A stretch of DNA of 64,000 bases from Candidatus Eiseniibacteriota bacterium (GCA_963783375.1 CAWANH010000029.1:800001-864000); one strand, 5' to 3'; positions 1-11,919 are shown, counted from the first letter of the stretch. Notes: generated by a model not told the origin, from the letters alone. Translations and numbers: made by a program.

Positions 1-3000
1 GTCGTTCGACAGATCGGCGGCCACGACTTCGTGGAGCTCAGAGGCGGGGCTCACGCCATGCCCCTGGGGGCTCCCGACCTCCCCCTGCTCCCCGTCCACA
101 TGGAGATTCCCGCGGGGTTCGACATCGCCTCGGTCCGGGTGGTCCCGCTGGCCACGGAGATGCTCCCCGGCCAGATCGACCCCGGAGCGGTCGGAACCGC
201 CCGAGCGGGTGAATGGACCCGGCCCGGAGACCTGGACGCCGCCATTCGAGGGTCGGATTCCTGGTATCCGAGCGAACCGGTGATGCAGTACCGGACCGGA
301 CGCCTGCGCGGCCGGAATCTCGCCGCGATCGCCGTGGCCCCGGTGACCTGGCTCCCCGCCACCGGGGGGCTCAAGCTCATGACGCGCTTCCGGGTGGAGG
401 TGTCCCTCAATCCCGCCGCCCCCGATCCGGGCGCCCTGGTCATCCGGCGGGAGAGCCCCGAGGGCCGCCGATCCTTCGACGAGACCCTTCAGCTCCTGAC
501 CGGGGTCAGGGCCTCCGGCGTTGCCGGCGCGGCCTCGGAGCTCCACCCCCTGGTCAACAGCGGGGGACCCTTCGAGCCCACGTTCCGCCCCAGCGTCGAC
601 GGTAGCCCGGTGGAGATGGTGATCATCACCACCACGGATCAGGCCCCCGTGTACCAGGACCTGGCCGACTACAAGACCAAGATCGGCCTCAGCACCGTGG
701 TCCGCACGGTGGACTGGATCAAGGCGAACTATCCCAACGGGGTGGACACCCAGGAGACCATCCGGAACTTCATCCGGGACGCGGTATCGAAGTGGGGCAC
801 CACGTGGGTCCTGCTGGGTGGGGACACCGATCACATCCCCGTCCGCTACGGCTACACCACGTTCTATACCAGCCAGGGCGAGGACATCCCCACCGATCTC
901 TATTACACCGACCTGGACGGAAACTGGAACGGCGACGGGGACGCGGTGTTCGGCGAGGCCTATTCCACGAGCGCTCCGCCCGGCGACGGTCTGGATCTCT
1001 ATCCCGACGTGTGGGTCGGGCGCATCACCTCCCAGGACTCGACCAGCGCGCGGAACATGGTGGACAAGACCCTGGGCTACCTCCGTAACCCGCCCATCGG
1101 GCACCAGAACGACATCCTCCTGGCCGGCGAGGTGCTCTTCCCGCCGAACTGGGAACCCGGGTACTCGATCCAGTACGACGGCGCCGTCCTCTGCGAGGAC
1201 GTCGTGGACAGTCTCAACGTTCAGAGCAATCCCATCCGCCTCTACGAGAACTACACCGCCTGGCCGGGGGCCTCGGCGGAGAACAAGGCGTCGGTGGTCG
1301 GCGCGCTGAACGGCGGGATCGGGGTCTTTCATCACGTCGGCCACGGCTACATCAACACCATGTCGGTAGGCCTCGGCGCCCAGATCCTCATCAACTCCGA
1401 CATCGACGCCCTCAGCAACGGCAACGAGACCTTCGTGGTCTACGCCATCAACTGCACCTCCGCGGCCATCGACTTCAATTGCATCGCCGAGCGGTTCCTC
1501 TCCAACACCCATGGCGGCGGCGTGGCGGTGGTGGGGTCCACCCGGCTCGACTTTCCCAGCACCGGCGTCTACTTCCAGAACGAGTTCTACGGCCTGATCT
1601 ACCGGCGTGGAGTGACCGAGATGGGGAAAGCGGTGGCCATGGCCAAGATCCCCGAGATTCCCTACTCCACCCAGGACAACACCTACCGTTGGACCCAGTT
1701 CACCCAGATCTATCTTGGCGACCCGAACCTTCAGGTCTGGACGGATACCCCATCGACCCTCACCGTGACCCACGCGTCGACCTTCACCCTGGGGCAGGGC
1801 ACCTACTCGGTCACCGTGATGCGCGGCGGTTCCCCGGTGGATTCGGCCCGGGTGGCTCTCTACAAGGACGGCGACGCCTATTCGGTGGGGCTCACCGATC
1901 CTTCCGGCCAGGTCGTGCTTCCGTTCCGCCCCGACCAGACCGGGGCCTTCTCGGTCGGCGTCCACTCCCACAACGATCTCCCCTATCTCGGCTCGGCCAC
2001 CGTGGTCGCTCCGGGCGGCGCTCCGTATCTCTTCGCCCTGAGCCAGGCTTTCGTGGACGACGGGTCCGGTTCCACCGACGGGAACGGCGACGGCCGGCTC
2101 GACTCCGGAGAGACCGTGGAACTCAACATCGCCCTCAAGAACAACGGGGGCGCCGGCGAGACCGGGATCACCGCCACCCTGACCAGCGGCGATCCCGAGT
2201 TGAACGTGATCGACAACTTCGCCCAGTACCCGGACATCGGCACCGGAGCCTCCTCGTCGGCCAACGACCCCTTCGTGCTCAGCGTGCCCCGAAGCGCTCT
2301 GGACCGGCTGGAGGCCCACTGCACCCTGAACATCTTCGGGAACTCCGGCGCCTATTCCCAGGAGATCATCGTGTACGGCCACGCTCCGGAGCTGGACTAC
2401 CAGCAGCAGTCGGTACGGGACACGGTGGGAAACGGCAACGGGAACGGGGTGATCGCGGCCAACGAGGATTTCGCCATCATTCCCACCGTCCATAATTCCG
2501 GGCTGGGCACCACCCGCGGTCTCGAGGCCCGGCTCCGGAGCAGCGACCCCGCGGTCACCATCACCGATTCAGTGAGCGTGCTCGGGGCTCTGATCACCGG
2601 GCAATCGGGGGTGAACCCCGCCGACGGATTGGCCGCGCGCCTCTCCGACGTGAGCACCGCCCATGAACTCACTCTGGTGCTGGTGGACGCCTACGGCGAG
2701 CTCTCCACCATCCCCCTCGATATCACCCCGCCGGACACCGTGATGAACGTGGTCTCCTACGGTCAGGCCACCTCCATCGCCCTGACCTGGACCCAATCCA
2801 CCAGCGCCGACCTGCGGGGCTACAACGTGTACCGGGCCACGTCGTCGTCCGGCCCGTTCACGCGCATCAACCCCACCTCGTTCGAGAGAACCTCCTACTA
2901 CAACGACGAGGGTCTCCCTTCCCTCACCCGCTACTACTACGAGGTGGCGCCGGTGGATTCGTCGGGAAACGAGGGCAGGAAATCGGTGGCCACGTCCGCC

Positions 3001-4646
3001 ACCACCAGCCTCCCCATCCACGACGGCTTTCCGGTCGAGGTGACGAGCGCCACCACCGCCGGAATCACCCTCGCCGACCTGAACCACGACGGTCAGCCCG
3101 AGATCCTCGGCGGGGGGGAGGAGATCTACGCGGTCCAGTCGAACGGGGACGAGTACTATGACGGCGACCAGGACGTCCGTACCCTGGGCCCGATCACCAA
3201 GACCGGCGGCATGCTCTTCTGGAACACCCCCGCGGTCGGGGACGTGGACCGGGACGGCGAGCCCGAGGTCGCGGGGGTGAGCTGGTCCGACGTCAACGTC
3301 CGGCTCCTCGACCGCTTCGGAATCGCGATGCCCGGCTGGCCCAAGGACGGCAATCCCCTGAACGAGATGGAGCCCAACCCTCTCGGGTCGGTGTGCCTGG
3401 CCGACGTGGACGCCGACGGCACCCTCGAGGTGCTGTGTTCGGTGGGCCGAGTGCTCTTCTGCTGGCACTACGACGGAACCGAGCTCCGGGATGGGGACAA
3501 CAATCCCGCCACCGACGGGATCCTGGCCGTCACCGGGGAGGCGTTCTCCTACTCGACGCCCACCGTGGCCAACATCGACGGCGACCCCTATCCCGAGATC
3601 ATCGCCGGCATGCACGACGGGAAGTTGTACGTGTTCCACCACGACGGGACGCCCTATGCCGGTTTCCCCTTCGCGACCGGGGGGAACATCACGTCGAGCC
3701 CGGCGGTGGCGGACATCAACCTGGACGGACAACCGGAAATCGTGTTCGGTTCCAGCGACAGCAAGCTCTACGCCATCCACTCCGATCTCACCTCGGCCCC
3801 GGGGTTCCCGGTGGGGATCCAGCTCGCCCAGGACGTGGATTCCTCCCCGGCCATCGGCGACATCACCGGGGACGGGATACCCGACGTGGCGATCGGCGCC
3901 TCGAACGGCGCGCTCTTCGTGTTCCGGGGCCAGAACGGTACGATCCCCGCCGGCTTCCCGATCCAGATCCGCGACAATCTGGGGGTCAAGGTGGCGGTTC
4001 GTTCCAGTCCGGTTCTGGCCGACGTGGACGGCGACGGGCAGATCGACATCGTGTTCGGAGACCAGAAGGGGCGTCTCCACTGCGTGGACCGGAACGGTCA
4101 ATACCTGCCCGGCTTCCCCATCCAGACCGGGAACCTGATCGAGAACGCCCCCGCGGTCTGGGATGTGGACGGGGACGGGCTCACCGAGATCCTGGCCGAG
4201 AGCTTCGACCAGAAGATCTACTGCTGGGACACCCCCTGGACCTTCAACCCGGCTCTCGCCGCGTGGCCCATGTTCAAGCACGATCAGCGGAACAGCGGGA
4301 TCGCCACCACCGACGTGTTCGAGCTCACCGGGGTCGGAGACGGAAACCAGCTCCCCGAGTCCCGGGGGGACTCCTTCAGAACTCCCCCAATCCGTTCACC
4401 GCCGCCACCACCCTGCGCTACCGGATCCCCGAGGGAACGGACTACCGCCGGGTGCGGGTTCGCGTCTTCGACATGAGCGGGCGGGTGGTGAAGACCCTCA
4501 TCGACGGTGAGCAGCCTCCGGGCCTCTACGAGATGTCCTGGGACGGCACCGATCGCGCCGGCCGGCGCGTTGCCGCGGGGATCTACCCCTATCGCCTGGA
4601 CGTGGCCGGAACCAGCTTCACCCGCAAGATGGTCCTCCTCCGATGA
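1..4646 (+). CDS. Secreted C25 (gingipain-family) cysteine peptidase with Ig-like, FN3 and FG-GAP/VCBS repeats and a FlgD/T9SS-like C-terminal domain; 5'-truncated by the window edge, apparent 1-nt frameshift near 4351-4369
   Basis: Frame open from base 1. C25 motifs LLGGD, PTDLYY, VGR, and His (HHVGHG) / Cys (INCTS) candidates for the catalytic pair; many DxDxDG repeats. The C-terminal domain QNSPNPF...WDGTD..GRRVAAGIY...RKMVLLR is in a different frame ending at 4646. Confidence 0.85.
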
Positions 4647-4728
4647 CCTCGGGGGGGGGCGGGACCCACGGCCCCGCCCCCTCCTCCCCTTGTGGCCCGG
4701 CCCGGCGGGATCTATTCTTGTCCCCCGC

Positions 4729-6648
4729 ATGAACGTCATTCGCCGCCTCGGCCCCTATTTCCGGCCCCTGTGGCGCACCATCGTCCTCGGCCTGGTGCTG
4801 ATGGCCCTGTACGCCCTGTTCAGCGGTTTCTCCATCGGCCTCATCCTGCCCATCGTGGACAAGGTGTTCCTGCGGACCGAGGCGCCCTCGGGCCAGGTGA
4901 TCCACGTGGACGAGGGGCTCCACCGGGCCTGGCACGAGGCGGGCCATGCCTTCCGGACCGCCGACGGGCTCGGTCACCGCTTCGACGCGGCCCGGAGCGC
5001 GGCGATGACCGGCCTCCAGCGGATCCAGAACCAGGCCCCCCCCCTGGAGATCCTGGCCTGGCTCTGCGTCATCACCCTGGTGGCCATCCTGCTCAAGAAC
5101 GCCTCGGATTACGGGCGGAAGGTCGCCTTCATCCGGGTGGAGCAGCGCGCGGCGGAGTCGCTCAGGACGGATCTCTTCCACCGGGTGGTACTTTTCCCCC
5201 TCTCCACGTTCAACCGCATCCCCAGCGGCCAGCTCCTCTCCCGACTGGTCACCGACGTGGAACTGGTGAAGCAGTTCACGGTCAACAGCGCGGCCAACTT
5301 CGTCCACAACCTCCTCCAGGTGTTCGTCTACCTGGGGATCTCGGTGTGGGCCAGCTACCGCCTGGCCCTGGTGAGCTTTCTCATCGTTCCTCCGGTGGCC
5401 TTCATCACCGGCAAGATCGCCTCGAAGCTCCGCCGCCACAGCGGGCGGGCCCAGGCGCGGATCGCCGAGGTCACATCCTCCCTCTCCGAGGTTCTGGGCG
5501 GGATCCGTATCGTGAAGGCCTTCGGAAGCGAGGTCCAGGAGCAGAACCGGTTCGCCCGGGCCATCGCCCGCTACCGGAGCTCGGTGATCAAGCTCATGGG
5601 CCTGGACGCCATGGCCGCTCCCCTCTCCGAGTTCTGGGGGGTGGCCATCGGAGTGAGCGTCCTCTATTACGGCGGACGCCTGGTCCTCGCCCCCGATTCG
5701 GGGATGACCGCGGGACGGTTCTTCGTCTTCTTCATCGCCCTGGTCTCCATGCTCCACCCCCTGAAGGAGCTGTCCAACGTGGTAACCCGCTTCCAACGGG
5801 GAGCGGCGGCCGCGGACCGTGTGTTCGAGGTTCTGGACCTTGCGGTGGAGGAGGATGCCCCCGATGCCGTCCCGGTGGCCGCGTTCGAGAAGGGAATCAC
5901 CTTCGAGGGGGTGACCTTCGCCTACGAGAAGGACCGCCCGGTGCTGCGCGAGGTGAGCTTCGAGGCCCCGGCGGGGACCACCACCGCCCTGGTGGGACCG
6001 AGCGGCGGCGGGAAATCGACCCTGGTGGACCTGATCCCCCGGTTCAACGACCCCACTTCCGGCCGGGTGCTCCTGGACGGAACGGACCTTCGCCGGGTGC
6101 GCCGACGGGACCTTCGGGCGCTGATCGGCATCGTCACCCAGGAGACCCTCCTCTTCGACGACACCGTGTTCAACAACATCGCCTACGGGATCGAGGCCCC
6201 GGACCGGGACCGCGTGATCGAGGCGGCCCGGGCGGCCAACGCCCACGAGTTCATCGAGACCATGCCCTCGGGGTACGACACCCCGATCGGAGAGCGCGGC
6301 GTGCTTCTCTCCGGGGGCCAGCGCCAGCGCCTGGCCATCGCCCGCGCGGTGCTTCGGAATCCGTCCATCCTCATCCTCGACGAGGCCACATCCTCCCTGG
6401 ACACCGAATCCGAAAACCTGGTCCAGGAGGCGCTGATCCGGCTTCTGTCCGGTCGAACCACCTTCGTCATCGCCCACCGCCTGAGCACGGTGATGCGGGC
6501 CGACCGGATCCTGGTGCTCGATCAGGGGCGAATCGCGCAGTCGGGGTCCCACACCGAGCTGGTGGCGGCCCCCGGGCTGTACCGGCGGCTCTACACCCTG
6601 CAGTTCCGGGACGAGGAGATCCCACGGCTCGATGCGGTGGAGTCCTGA
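4729..6648 (+). CDS. msbA: ABC transporter, fused permease/ATPase, MsbA-like lipid A flippase
   Basis: N-terminal TM helices, Walker [15 protein letters not shown] signature, [17 protein letters not shown]; lies next to LPS glycosyltransferases. ATG at 4729 chosen as start. Confidence 0.8.
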   Translation: MNVIRRLGPYFRPLWRTIVLGLVLMALYALFSGFSIGLILPIVDKVFLRTEAPSGQVIHVDEGLHRAWHEAGHAFRTADGLGHRFDAARSAAMTGLQRIQNQAPPLEILAWLCVITLVAILLKNASDYGRKVAFIRVEQRAAESLRTDLFHRVVLFPLSTFNRIPSGQLLSRLVTDVELVKQFTVNSAANFVHNLLQVFVYLGISVWASYRLALVSFLIVPPVAFITGKIASKLRRHSGRAQARIAEVTSSLSEVLGGIRIVKAFGSEVQEQNRFARAIARYRSSVIKLMGLDAMAAPLSEFWGVAIGVSVLYYGGRLVLAPDSGMTAGRFFVFFIALVSMLHPLKELSNVVTRFQRGAAAADRVFEVLDLAVEEDAPDAVPVAAFEKGITFEGVTFAYEKDRPVLREVSFEAPAGTTTALVGPSGGGKSTLVDLIPRFNDPTSGRVLLDGTDLRRVRRRDLRALIGIVTQETLLFDDTVFNNIAYGIEAPDRDRVIEAARAANAHEFIETMPSGYDTPIGERGVLLSGGQRQRLAIARAVLRNPSILILDEATSSLDTESENLVQEALIRLLSGRTTFVIAHRLSTVMRADRILVLDQGRIAQSGSHTELVAAPGLYRRLYTLQFRDEEIPRLDAVES

Positions 6649-7642
6649 GCCGGGGCGCCCGCCCGGGAAGGTGCTGGTCATCCAGCTCCGGCGGATCGGG
6701 GATGCGGTGCTCCTGACCCCGGCCCTGGACGCGCTCGGGACCGAATGGCCCGAGGCCCGCGTGCATCTCCTGACTTCCGGGCCCATCCCCGATCTCTTCG
6801 CCGGGGATCCCCGGGTGGCGGTGACCTGGACGCGCCCCCCCCGGCTCCGCCTGCCGGGCCTGGCCGCCCGGCTCCGGGCCGAGCGCTTCGACGCGGTCTT
6901 CGACTTCCAGTCCCTGCCCTGGACCGCCATCCTCTGCCGCACCCTGGGGGCCTACGGCGTGGGCTTCGAGAAGCGCCGGCGGCGGCTAGGCTACCGGCGA
7001 ATCGTCCCCCTGTCCGAGCACCGCGGAAGCGATTATGCCGCCGATCACAAGCTCGACCTTCTCCGGGCCGCGGGGCTCACCGCCCCGTTGACCCTTCCCC
7101 GCCTCATCGCGCCCAACGCCCGATCGCCCCTCTGGGAGACCCTCCCCGCCGGGCCCCGGGTGGTCCTGGTCCCGGTGAGCCGGCGGGCCCACAAGCGCTG
7201 GGGCGCCGAGGCCTTCGCCCGCACCGCCCGCCTCCTCCACGAACGGACGGGAGCCGCTTTCGTGGTGGCCGGGGGGCCGGGGGAGGATGCCGCCCTGGAC
7301 GAGGTCGCGGCGGCCCTCGACGGCGTCCCCCACCGGCGCTCCACCCTGACCCGCCTCCGGGAGATGGCCGAGCTCACGGCCGGGGCGGATCTCTTCCTGG
7401 GGAACGACAACGGCCCGCGTCACATCGCCCTGGCCCTGGGGGTCCCGACCCTGGCCTGGTTCGGGACTCAGAACCCCACCCACTGGACTCCCCCGGGAAC
7501 CGCGCGGCACCGCGTGATCTGGGATCGCGGGCGGGCGATGGGTCGTCCGGTCCGCGACGACCTGGTGATCGTGCCCGAAACCCCCGAGGACGCGGCTCGG
7601 GCGGGGGCGGAGCTTCTGGCCGGAAGGAGCGCGTCTACGTGA
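6632..7642 (+). CDS. Glycosyltransferase family 9 (LPS heptosyltransferase-like)
   Basis: VLVIQLRRIGD start, HKRW, and GNDNGPRHIA motif typical of GT9. Confidence 0.85.
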   Translation: MRWSPEPGRPPGKVLVIQLRRIGDAVLLTPALDALGTEWPEARVHLLTSGPIPDLFAGDPRVAVTWTRPPRLRLPGLAARLRAERFDAVFDFQSLPWTAILCRTLGAYGVGFEKRRRRLGYRRIVPLSEHRGSDYAADHKLDLLRAAGLTAPLTLPRLIAPNARSPLWETLPAGPRVVLVPVSRRAHKRWGAEAFARTARLLHERTGAAFVVAGGPGEDAALDEVAAALDGVPHRRSTLTRLREMAELTAGADLFLGNDNGPRHIALALGVPTLAWFGTQNPTHWTPPGTARHRVIWDRGRAMGRPVRDDLVIVPETPEDAARAGAELLAGRSAST

Positions 7643-8733
7643 CCCGCGTCGCCTTCGTGAACGCCACCCATCGCTGGGGCGGGGTCAAGAGCTGGACCCT
7701 CCGGGCGGGGCAGGGCCTCTCCGAGCGGGGTCACGACGTCCGCCTGTTCGTCCGCGCCGGGGGGGACCACCGCCGGGCGTTCACCGAGGCCGGCCTCGAC
7801 GCCCGCGCGGTGACCTTCGGCATCGACTTCAATCCCCTGGCCGTCCGGGCCCTCACCCGCGGGTTCCGCGAGCACCGCACCGAAGTGGTGGTGACCAACG
7901 TGTCCAAGGACAACCGGACCGCGGGCCCCGCGGCCCGGCGCCTCGGCCTTCCGGTGCTCCAGCGGGTGGGGGGAAGCGGCGACATCACCGACGGCTGGCG
8001 GGTGCGGCTGGAGCAACGCCGCTACGTCGACCGTATCGTGGTCCCCGCCCGCTCCATCCGCGACCGTCTGGCCCGGTACCCGTGGATGCGGGCGGAGGAA
8101 CGGGTGGCCGTGATCCCCAACGGGGTGGACCTGGAGCGGTTTCGTCCCGGGGTCGGGAAAGGCGCCCTCCGCCGGGTGCTCTCGATCGGACCGGAGGTCC
8201 CCCTCCTGGTCACCACCGTCCAGCTTGCCGCGATCAAGGGCCTGGACGTTCTCCTGGCCGCCTTCGCCGCGATGAACCGCCCGGAGCCGGTGCTGGCCCT
8301 GATCGGGCGGGGGAAGGAAGAGGAGGGCCTCCGCCGGCGCGCCGCCTCCCTCGGCCTGGAAGCGCGGATTTGTTTTCTAGGATTTCGTGATGATCTACAT
8401 TTGCTATTGGAAGACGCCGATGTCGCCGTCCACCCCTCGATCGCGGCGGGGGAAGGGCTCCCCAACAGCGTCATCGAGTGTCTGGCCAAGGGGAAGGCCC
8501 TGGCCGCCACCGGGGTGGGAGGAGTTCCCGAAGCGGTGACCGACGGGGTGGAAGGGCTCCTGGTCCCCCCGGGAGACCCCGGCGCCCTGACCGGGGCCCT
8601 GGCCCGCCTCCTTGACGATTCCCCCCTCCGCGAACGGCTGGGCCGCGCGGCGCGACTCCGCGCCGAGCGGGAGTTCGACGAGAGCCTGATGGTGGACCGC
8701 CTGGACGCGCTCCTGCGGGAGATGGCCCGATGA
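7639..8733 (+). CDS. Glycosyltransferase family 4
   Basis: GTG overlaps upstream TGA. Motifs WGG, IPNGVD, KG, EGLPNSVIE (E-x7-E), GGVPEAVTDG. Confidence 0.85.
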   Translation: MTRVAFVNATHRWGGVKSWTLRAGQGLSERGHDVRLFVRAGGDHRRAFTEAGLDARAVTFGIDFNPLAVRALTRGFREHRTEVVVTNVSKDNRTAGPAARRLGLPVLQRVGGSGDITDGWRVRLEQRRYVDRIVVPARSIRDRLARYPWMRAEERVAVIPNGVDLERFRPGVGKGALRRVLSIGPEVPLLVTTVQLAAIKGLDVLLAAFAAMNRPEPVLALIGRGKEEEGLRRRAASLGLEARICFLGFRDDLHLLLEDADVAVHPSIAAGEGLPNSVIECLAKGKALAATGVGGVPEAVTDGVEGLLVPPGDPGALTGALARLLDDSPLRERLGRAARLRAEREFDESLMVDRLDALLREMAR

Positions 8734-9713
8734 GCGCGGCGCCCGTCCGCCTCCACGTCTGGACCATCGGCGACCGTCAGACCGCCAGCACGCGCCTCCG
8801 CGTCCACCAGTACCTTCCCCGCCTCGCCGCCGACGGCGTCGAGGCCCGGGTGCGGTGCATCCCCAAGGGCTTCATCCCCCGGCTCTGGCTGAAGGCGGCG
8901 CTCCGCCCCGGGGACCGGCTCCTGATCCAGAAGAAGCTCTTCGCCCCCTGGGAGCTGGAGCGCCTCCGGGATCGGGCGCGGAGGCTTCTCTTCGACGTGG
9001 ACGACGCCGTGTACCTGGACGGGCCGGGGAGCACCCGGAACGGCGATCGTTGGGAGGCGGTGACCCGGGCCGCCGACCGCGTCCTCGCCGGCAACCGCAC
9101 CCTGGCCGAGGCCTCGGCGCGGCCGGGACGCGCGGTGGTGATCCCCACCCCGGTGGACACCGAACACCACCGCCCGACCCCGGGCGAGTCGCGCCGGCGC
9201 GGGCTCATGGCGTGGATCGGCAGCCGCACCAACCTTCCGAACCTCGCCCCGGTTCTCGCGGTGTTTCCCCGGGTGGCCGCCCGCCGTCCCGGGGCGCGCC
9301 TGGTGATCTGCGCCGACCGGCCGCCGGACTCCCTTCCCGCCGGAGTCGAGTTCATCCCCTGGTCCCTGGACGCCGAGGCCGCGCTCCTCGGCGAGGCGGA
9401 GATCGGCCTCATGCCCCTGGACGATACCCCTTTCAACCGGGGAAAGTGCGGGTTCAAGATCCTCCTCTACCAGGCGGCGGGGCTCGCGGTGGTCGCGTCC
9501 CCGGTGGGGGTGAATCGGGAGCTGGTGACCCCCGGCGAGGACGGCTTCCTCCCCGCGGGCCCGGATGCATGGGAGGATGTCCTGGCCCGGCTGGCCGACG
9601 AGCCCGACGCCGCGCACCGGATGGGCGCGGCGGGACGGCGGCGGGTCGAGGCCGCCCATTCGGTGGCCGCGCTCTATCCTCGCTTTCGTGAAGCAGTCAT
9701 GGAGGGATCATGA
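8730..9713 (+). CDS. Glycosyltransferase family 4
   Basis: ASTRLRV, FDVDDA, IGLMPL..RGKCGFKILLYQAAG..ASPVG, typical of a GT4 subgroup. Confidence 0.8.
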   Translation: MSAAPVRLHVWTIGDRQTASTRLRVHQYLPRLAADGVEARVRCIPKGFIPRLWLKAALRPGDRLLIQKKLFAPWELERLRDRARRLLFDVDDAVYLDGPGSTRNGDRWEAVTRAADRVLAGNRTLAEASARPGRAVVIPTPVDTEHHRPTPGESRRRGLMAWIGSRTNLPNLAPVLAVFPRVAARRPGARLVICADRPPDSLPAGVEFIPWSLDAEAALLGEAEIGLMPLDDTPFNRGKCGFKILLYQAAGLAVVASPVGVNRELVTPGEDGFLPAGPDAWEDVLARLADEPDAAHRMGAAGRRRVEAAHSVAALYPRFREAVMEGS

Positions 9714-10810
9714 ACGAGCGGATGTGGACTGCGCTTCTCGGGAAGCCGGAACCCGTCTCCCCCGCCGAGGCGGGGACCCGGCTTCGCGCCGCGGGAAAAG
9801 TGCTCCTGGTCGGACCGCACCTGAGGCGGGGCGATCTCCTCGCCGCCACCCCGATCTTCCGCAACCTCCGCCGGGCCCTTCCCCGGGCCGAGCTGGTCCT
9901 GGTGGCCGGACGCCAGAACGTGGACGCGGCGATGGACAGCCCCGATCTCGACCGGGTGGAGGTGACCCGGCTTCGCGGGCTCACCCTGGGACCCCGGACC
10001 CTCGGATTCGTGCGCCGGCTGGAACGCGAGCGCTTCGACGCCGCCCTCGTCCTCCCTGCCCCCCATCCCCTCGCCTTCGCGGTGTACCTGGCCCGCGCCG
10101 CCCACCCGGGATTCACCGCCGGCCTGGACGACGCCCCCCTGGGCAGCGCCCTGGCCCGGCTCGGCTTCGACTGCGTGCTCCCCGCGCCCGGGGAGGAGCG
10201 GGTCCACCTGGTGGACATGGCGCTGGCCCTGGTGGAGGGGCTGGGCATCCCGGTGGAGGAGCGCGGCCACGTGCTCGGGGTGACCGCCGCGCAGCGTGCC
10301 TCGGCGGAGGCCGCGCTGGCCGAGGCGGGGATCGATCTCGCCCGGCCCATTCTCGGGATCCAGCCCGGGGGCACCGCCCGCCATCCCGGGACGCATTGGC
10401 CCCCCTCCCACTACGCCACCGTGCTCCAGCGGGCGGCGGCGGAGCTGGAATTCCAGCCCCTCCTCCTCGGAAAGGAAGGGGACGCCGACGCCATCCGCCA
10501 GGTGCGGGAGCTGGGGAAGCGCACCGTGGTGAGCCTGGTGGATCTCCCCTTCCCCCTCTACAAGGCGGTCCTCTCCCGGCTCGACTTCTTCCTCACCCAG
10601 GACGGCGAGCGGGTCCACGTGGCCGCGGGGGTGGGGGTGCCCTCCTACTTCATCTACCTCGGCTCCCCGCCGTGGCGCTCGGCCCCCTACGGCCCCCACG
10701 TGGCGGTGTGGGCCGAGGAACGGCGAGCCCCCGCTCCCAACGAGGTCTGGGAACGGGTGAAACCGCTCCTCGTCGCGGCCGGGGAGCGCCGGAGGGGCGC
10801 GACGGGGTGA
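9710..10810 (+). CDS. Glycosyltransferase family 9-like protein (divergent)
   Basis: RRGDLLAATP, IQPGG, HWP and HVAAGVG; the usual ND(S/T)G motif appears as QDGE. Confidence 0.7.
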   Translation: MNERMWTALLGKPEPVSPAEAGTRLRAAGKVLLVGPHLRRGDLLAATPIFRNLRRALPRAELVLVAGRQNVDAAMDSPDLDRVEVTRLRGLTLGPRTLGFVRRLERERFDAALVLPAPHPLAFAVYLARAAHPGFTAGLDDAPLGSALARLGFDCVLPAPGEERVHLVDMALALVEGLGIPVEERGHVLGVTAAQRASAEAALAEAGIDLARPILGIQPGGTARHPGTHWPPSHYATVLQRAAAELEFQPLLLGKEGDADAIRQVRELGKRTVVSLVDLPFPLYKAVLSRLDFFLTQDGERVHVAAGVGVPSYFIYLGSPPWRSAPYGPHVAVWAEERRAPAPNEVWERVKPLLVAAGERRRGATG

Positions 10811-11919
10811 GCCGCATCCTGGTCATGGCCAGCGTACGTTGGTTGAACGCCTCCGCCGCCTACGCGGTGGACGTGGCGGAGGGGCTCGCCCGCCGGGGCC
10901 ACGACGTCCGCCTCGTCGTCAAACCCGAATCCCCGGTGGAGGCCGAAGCCCGTCGCCGCGGGCTCGCGGTGGAGACCGCCTTCGATCTCACCGCCACCGG
11001 GCCGGGCCGGGTCTTCGCCGGACTCCGCGGACTTCGCGCCCTGGTGGCCTCGTTCCATCCCCAGCTGGTGAATGCCCACCGGAGCGAGGACCATCTCCTG
11101 GGTGCGATGGCGCTCCGCGGAGGCGGGGTACCGCTGGTGCGGACCCGGGGGGATGTTCGCCCCCCCCGGTCGCACCTGGCCAACCGCATCCTCTACCGGC
11201 GGGCCACCGCGCTCCAGATCGCCTGCGCGGACTTCATGCCCGACCGGTTCTACGCCCCCCTGGGGATCGAGCCGGCCGAGGTGGCGGTGATCCGCCCCGG
11301 GCTCGACGTCGAGGCCTACCGCCGCGACGCCCCGGAACGAGGCGCGGCCCGTCGGGAGCTGGCATTGGATGAGCGCGCCGATTGGATCGGGCTCATCGGT
11401 CGCTTCACCGCGGCCAAGGGGCACCGCCCGCTCATCCGCGCCTTCGCCCGGCTTCCGGGCGCGCCCCGGCTCCTGCTGTCGGGGACGGCCAACGAGATCT
11501 CCGCCGGGGACCTTCGCGCCGAGGCCGAGGCCGCGGGAGCGGGGCCCCGGGTCACGGTCACCGGCCGGGTGGAGGACGTCCGTGCCGCGCTCCGGGCCCT
11601 GGACGTCCTGGCCGTACCCTCGGTCGCGTCCGAAGCCATCGCCCGGATCGCCCTGGAGGCGCTGGCCCTGGGGGTGCCGGTGGTGGCCTCACGCCTCAAC
11701 TCCCTCCCCGAGATGGTGGGGGAAGCCGGAATCCTGGTCCCCCCCGGCGACGAGACGGCCCTGGCCGCCGCCCTCGCCCGGGCGCTTGACGACCCCGGGT
11801 TCCGCGCCCACGCGGCGGAAGCCGGACCCGATCGGGTGATCCGCCGCTACGACCGGCGCACCCAGATCGATCTCACCGAGGCCCGCTTCGGCGAACTCAC
11901 CGGCGGAGGATGGGGATGA
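10807..11919 (+). CDS. Glycosyltransferase family 4
   Basis: GTG overlaps upstream stop. GRF...KGH, SEAIARIALEA (E-x7-E). Confidence 0.85.
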   Translation: MSRILVMASVRWLNASAAYAVDVAEGLARRGHDVRLVVKPESPVEAEARRRGLAVETAFDLTATGPGRVFAGLRGLRALVASFHPQLVNAHRSEDHLLGAMALRGGGVPLVRTRGDVRPPRSHLANRILYRRATALQIACADFMPDRFYAPLGIEPAEVAVIRPGLDVEAYRRDAPERGAARRELALDERADWIGLIGRFTAAKGHRPLIRAFARLPGAPRLLLSGTANEISAGDLRAEAEAAGAGPRVTVTGRVEDVRAALRALDVLAVPSVASEAIARIALEALALGVPVVASRLNSLPEMVGEAGILVPPGDETALAAALARALDDPGFRAHAAEAGPDRVIRRYDRRTQIDLTEARFGELTGGGWG

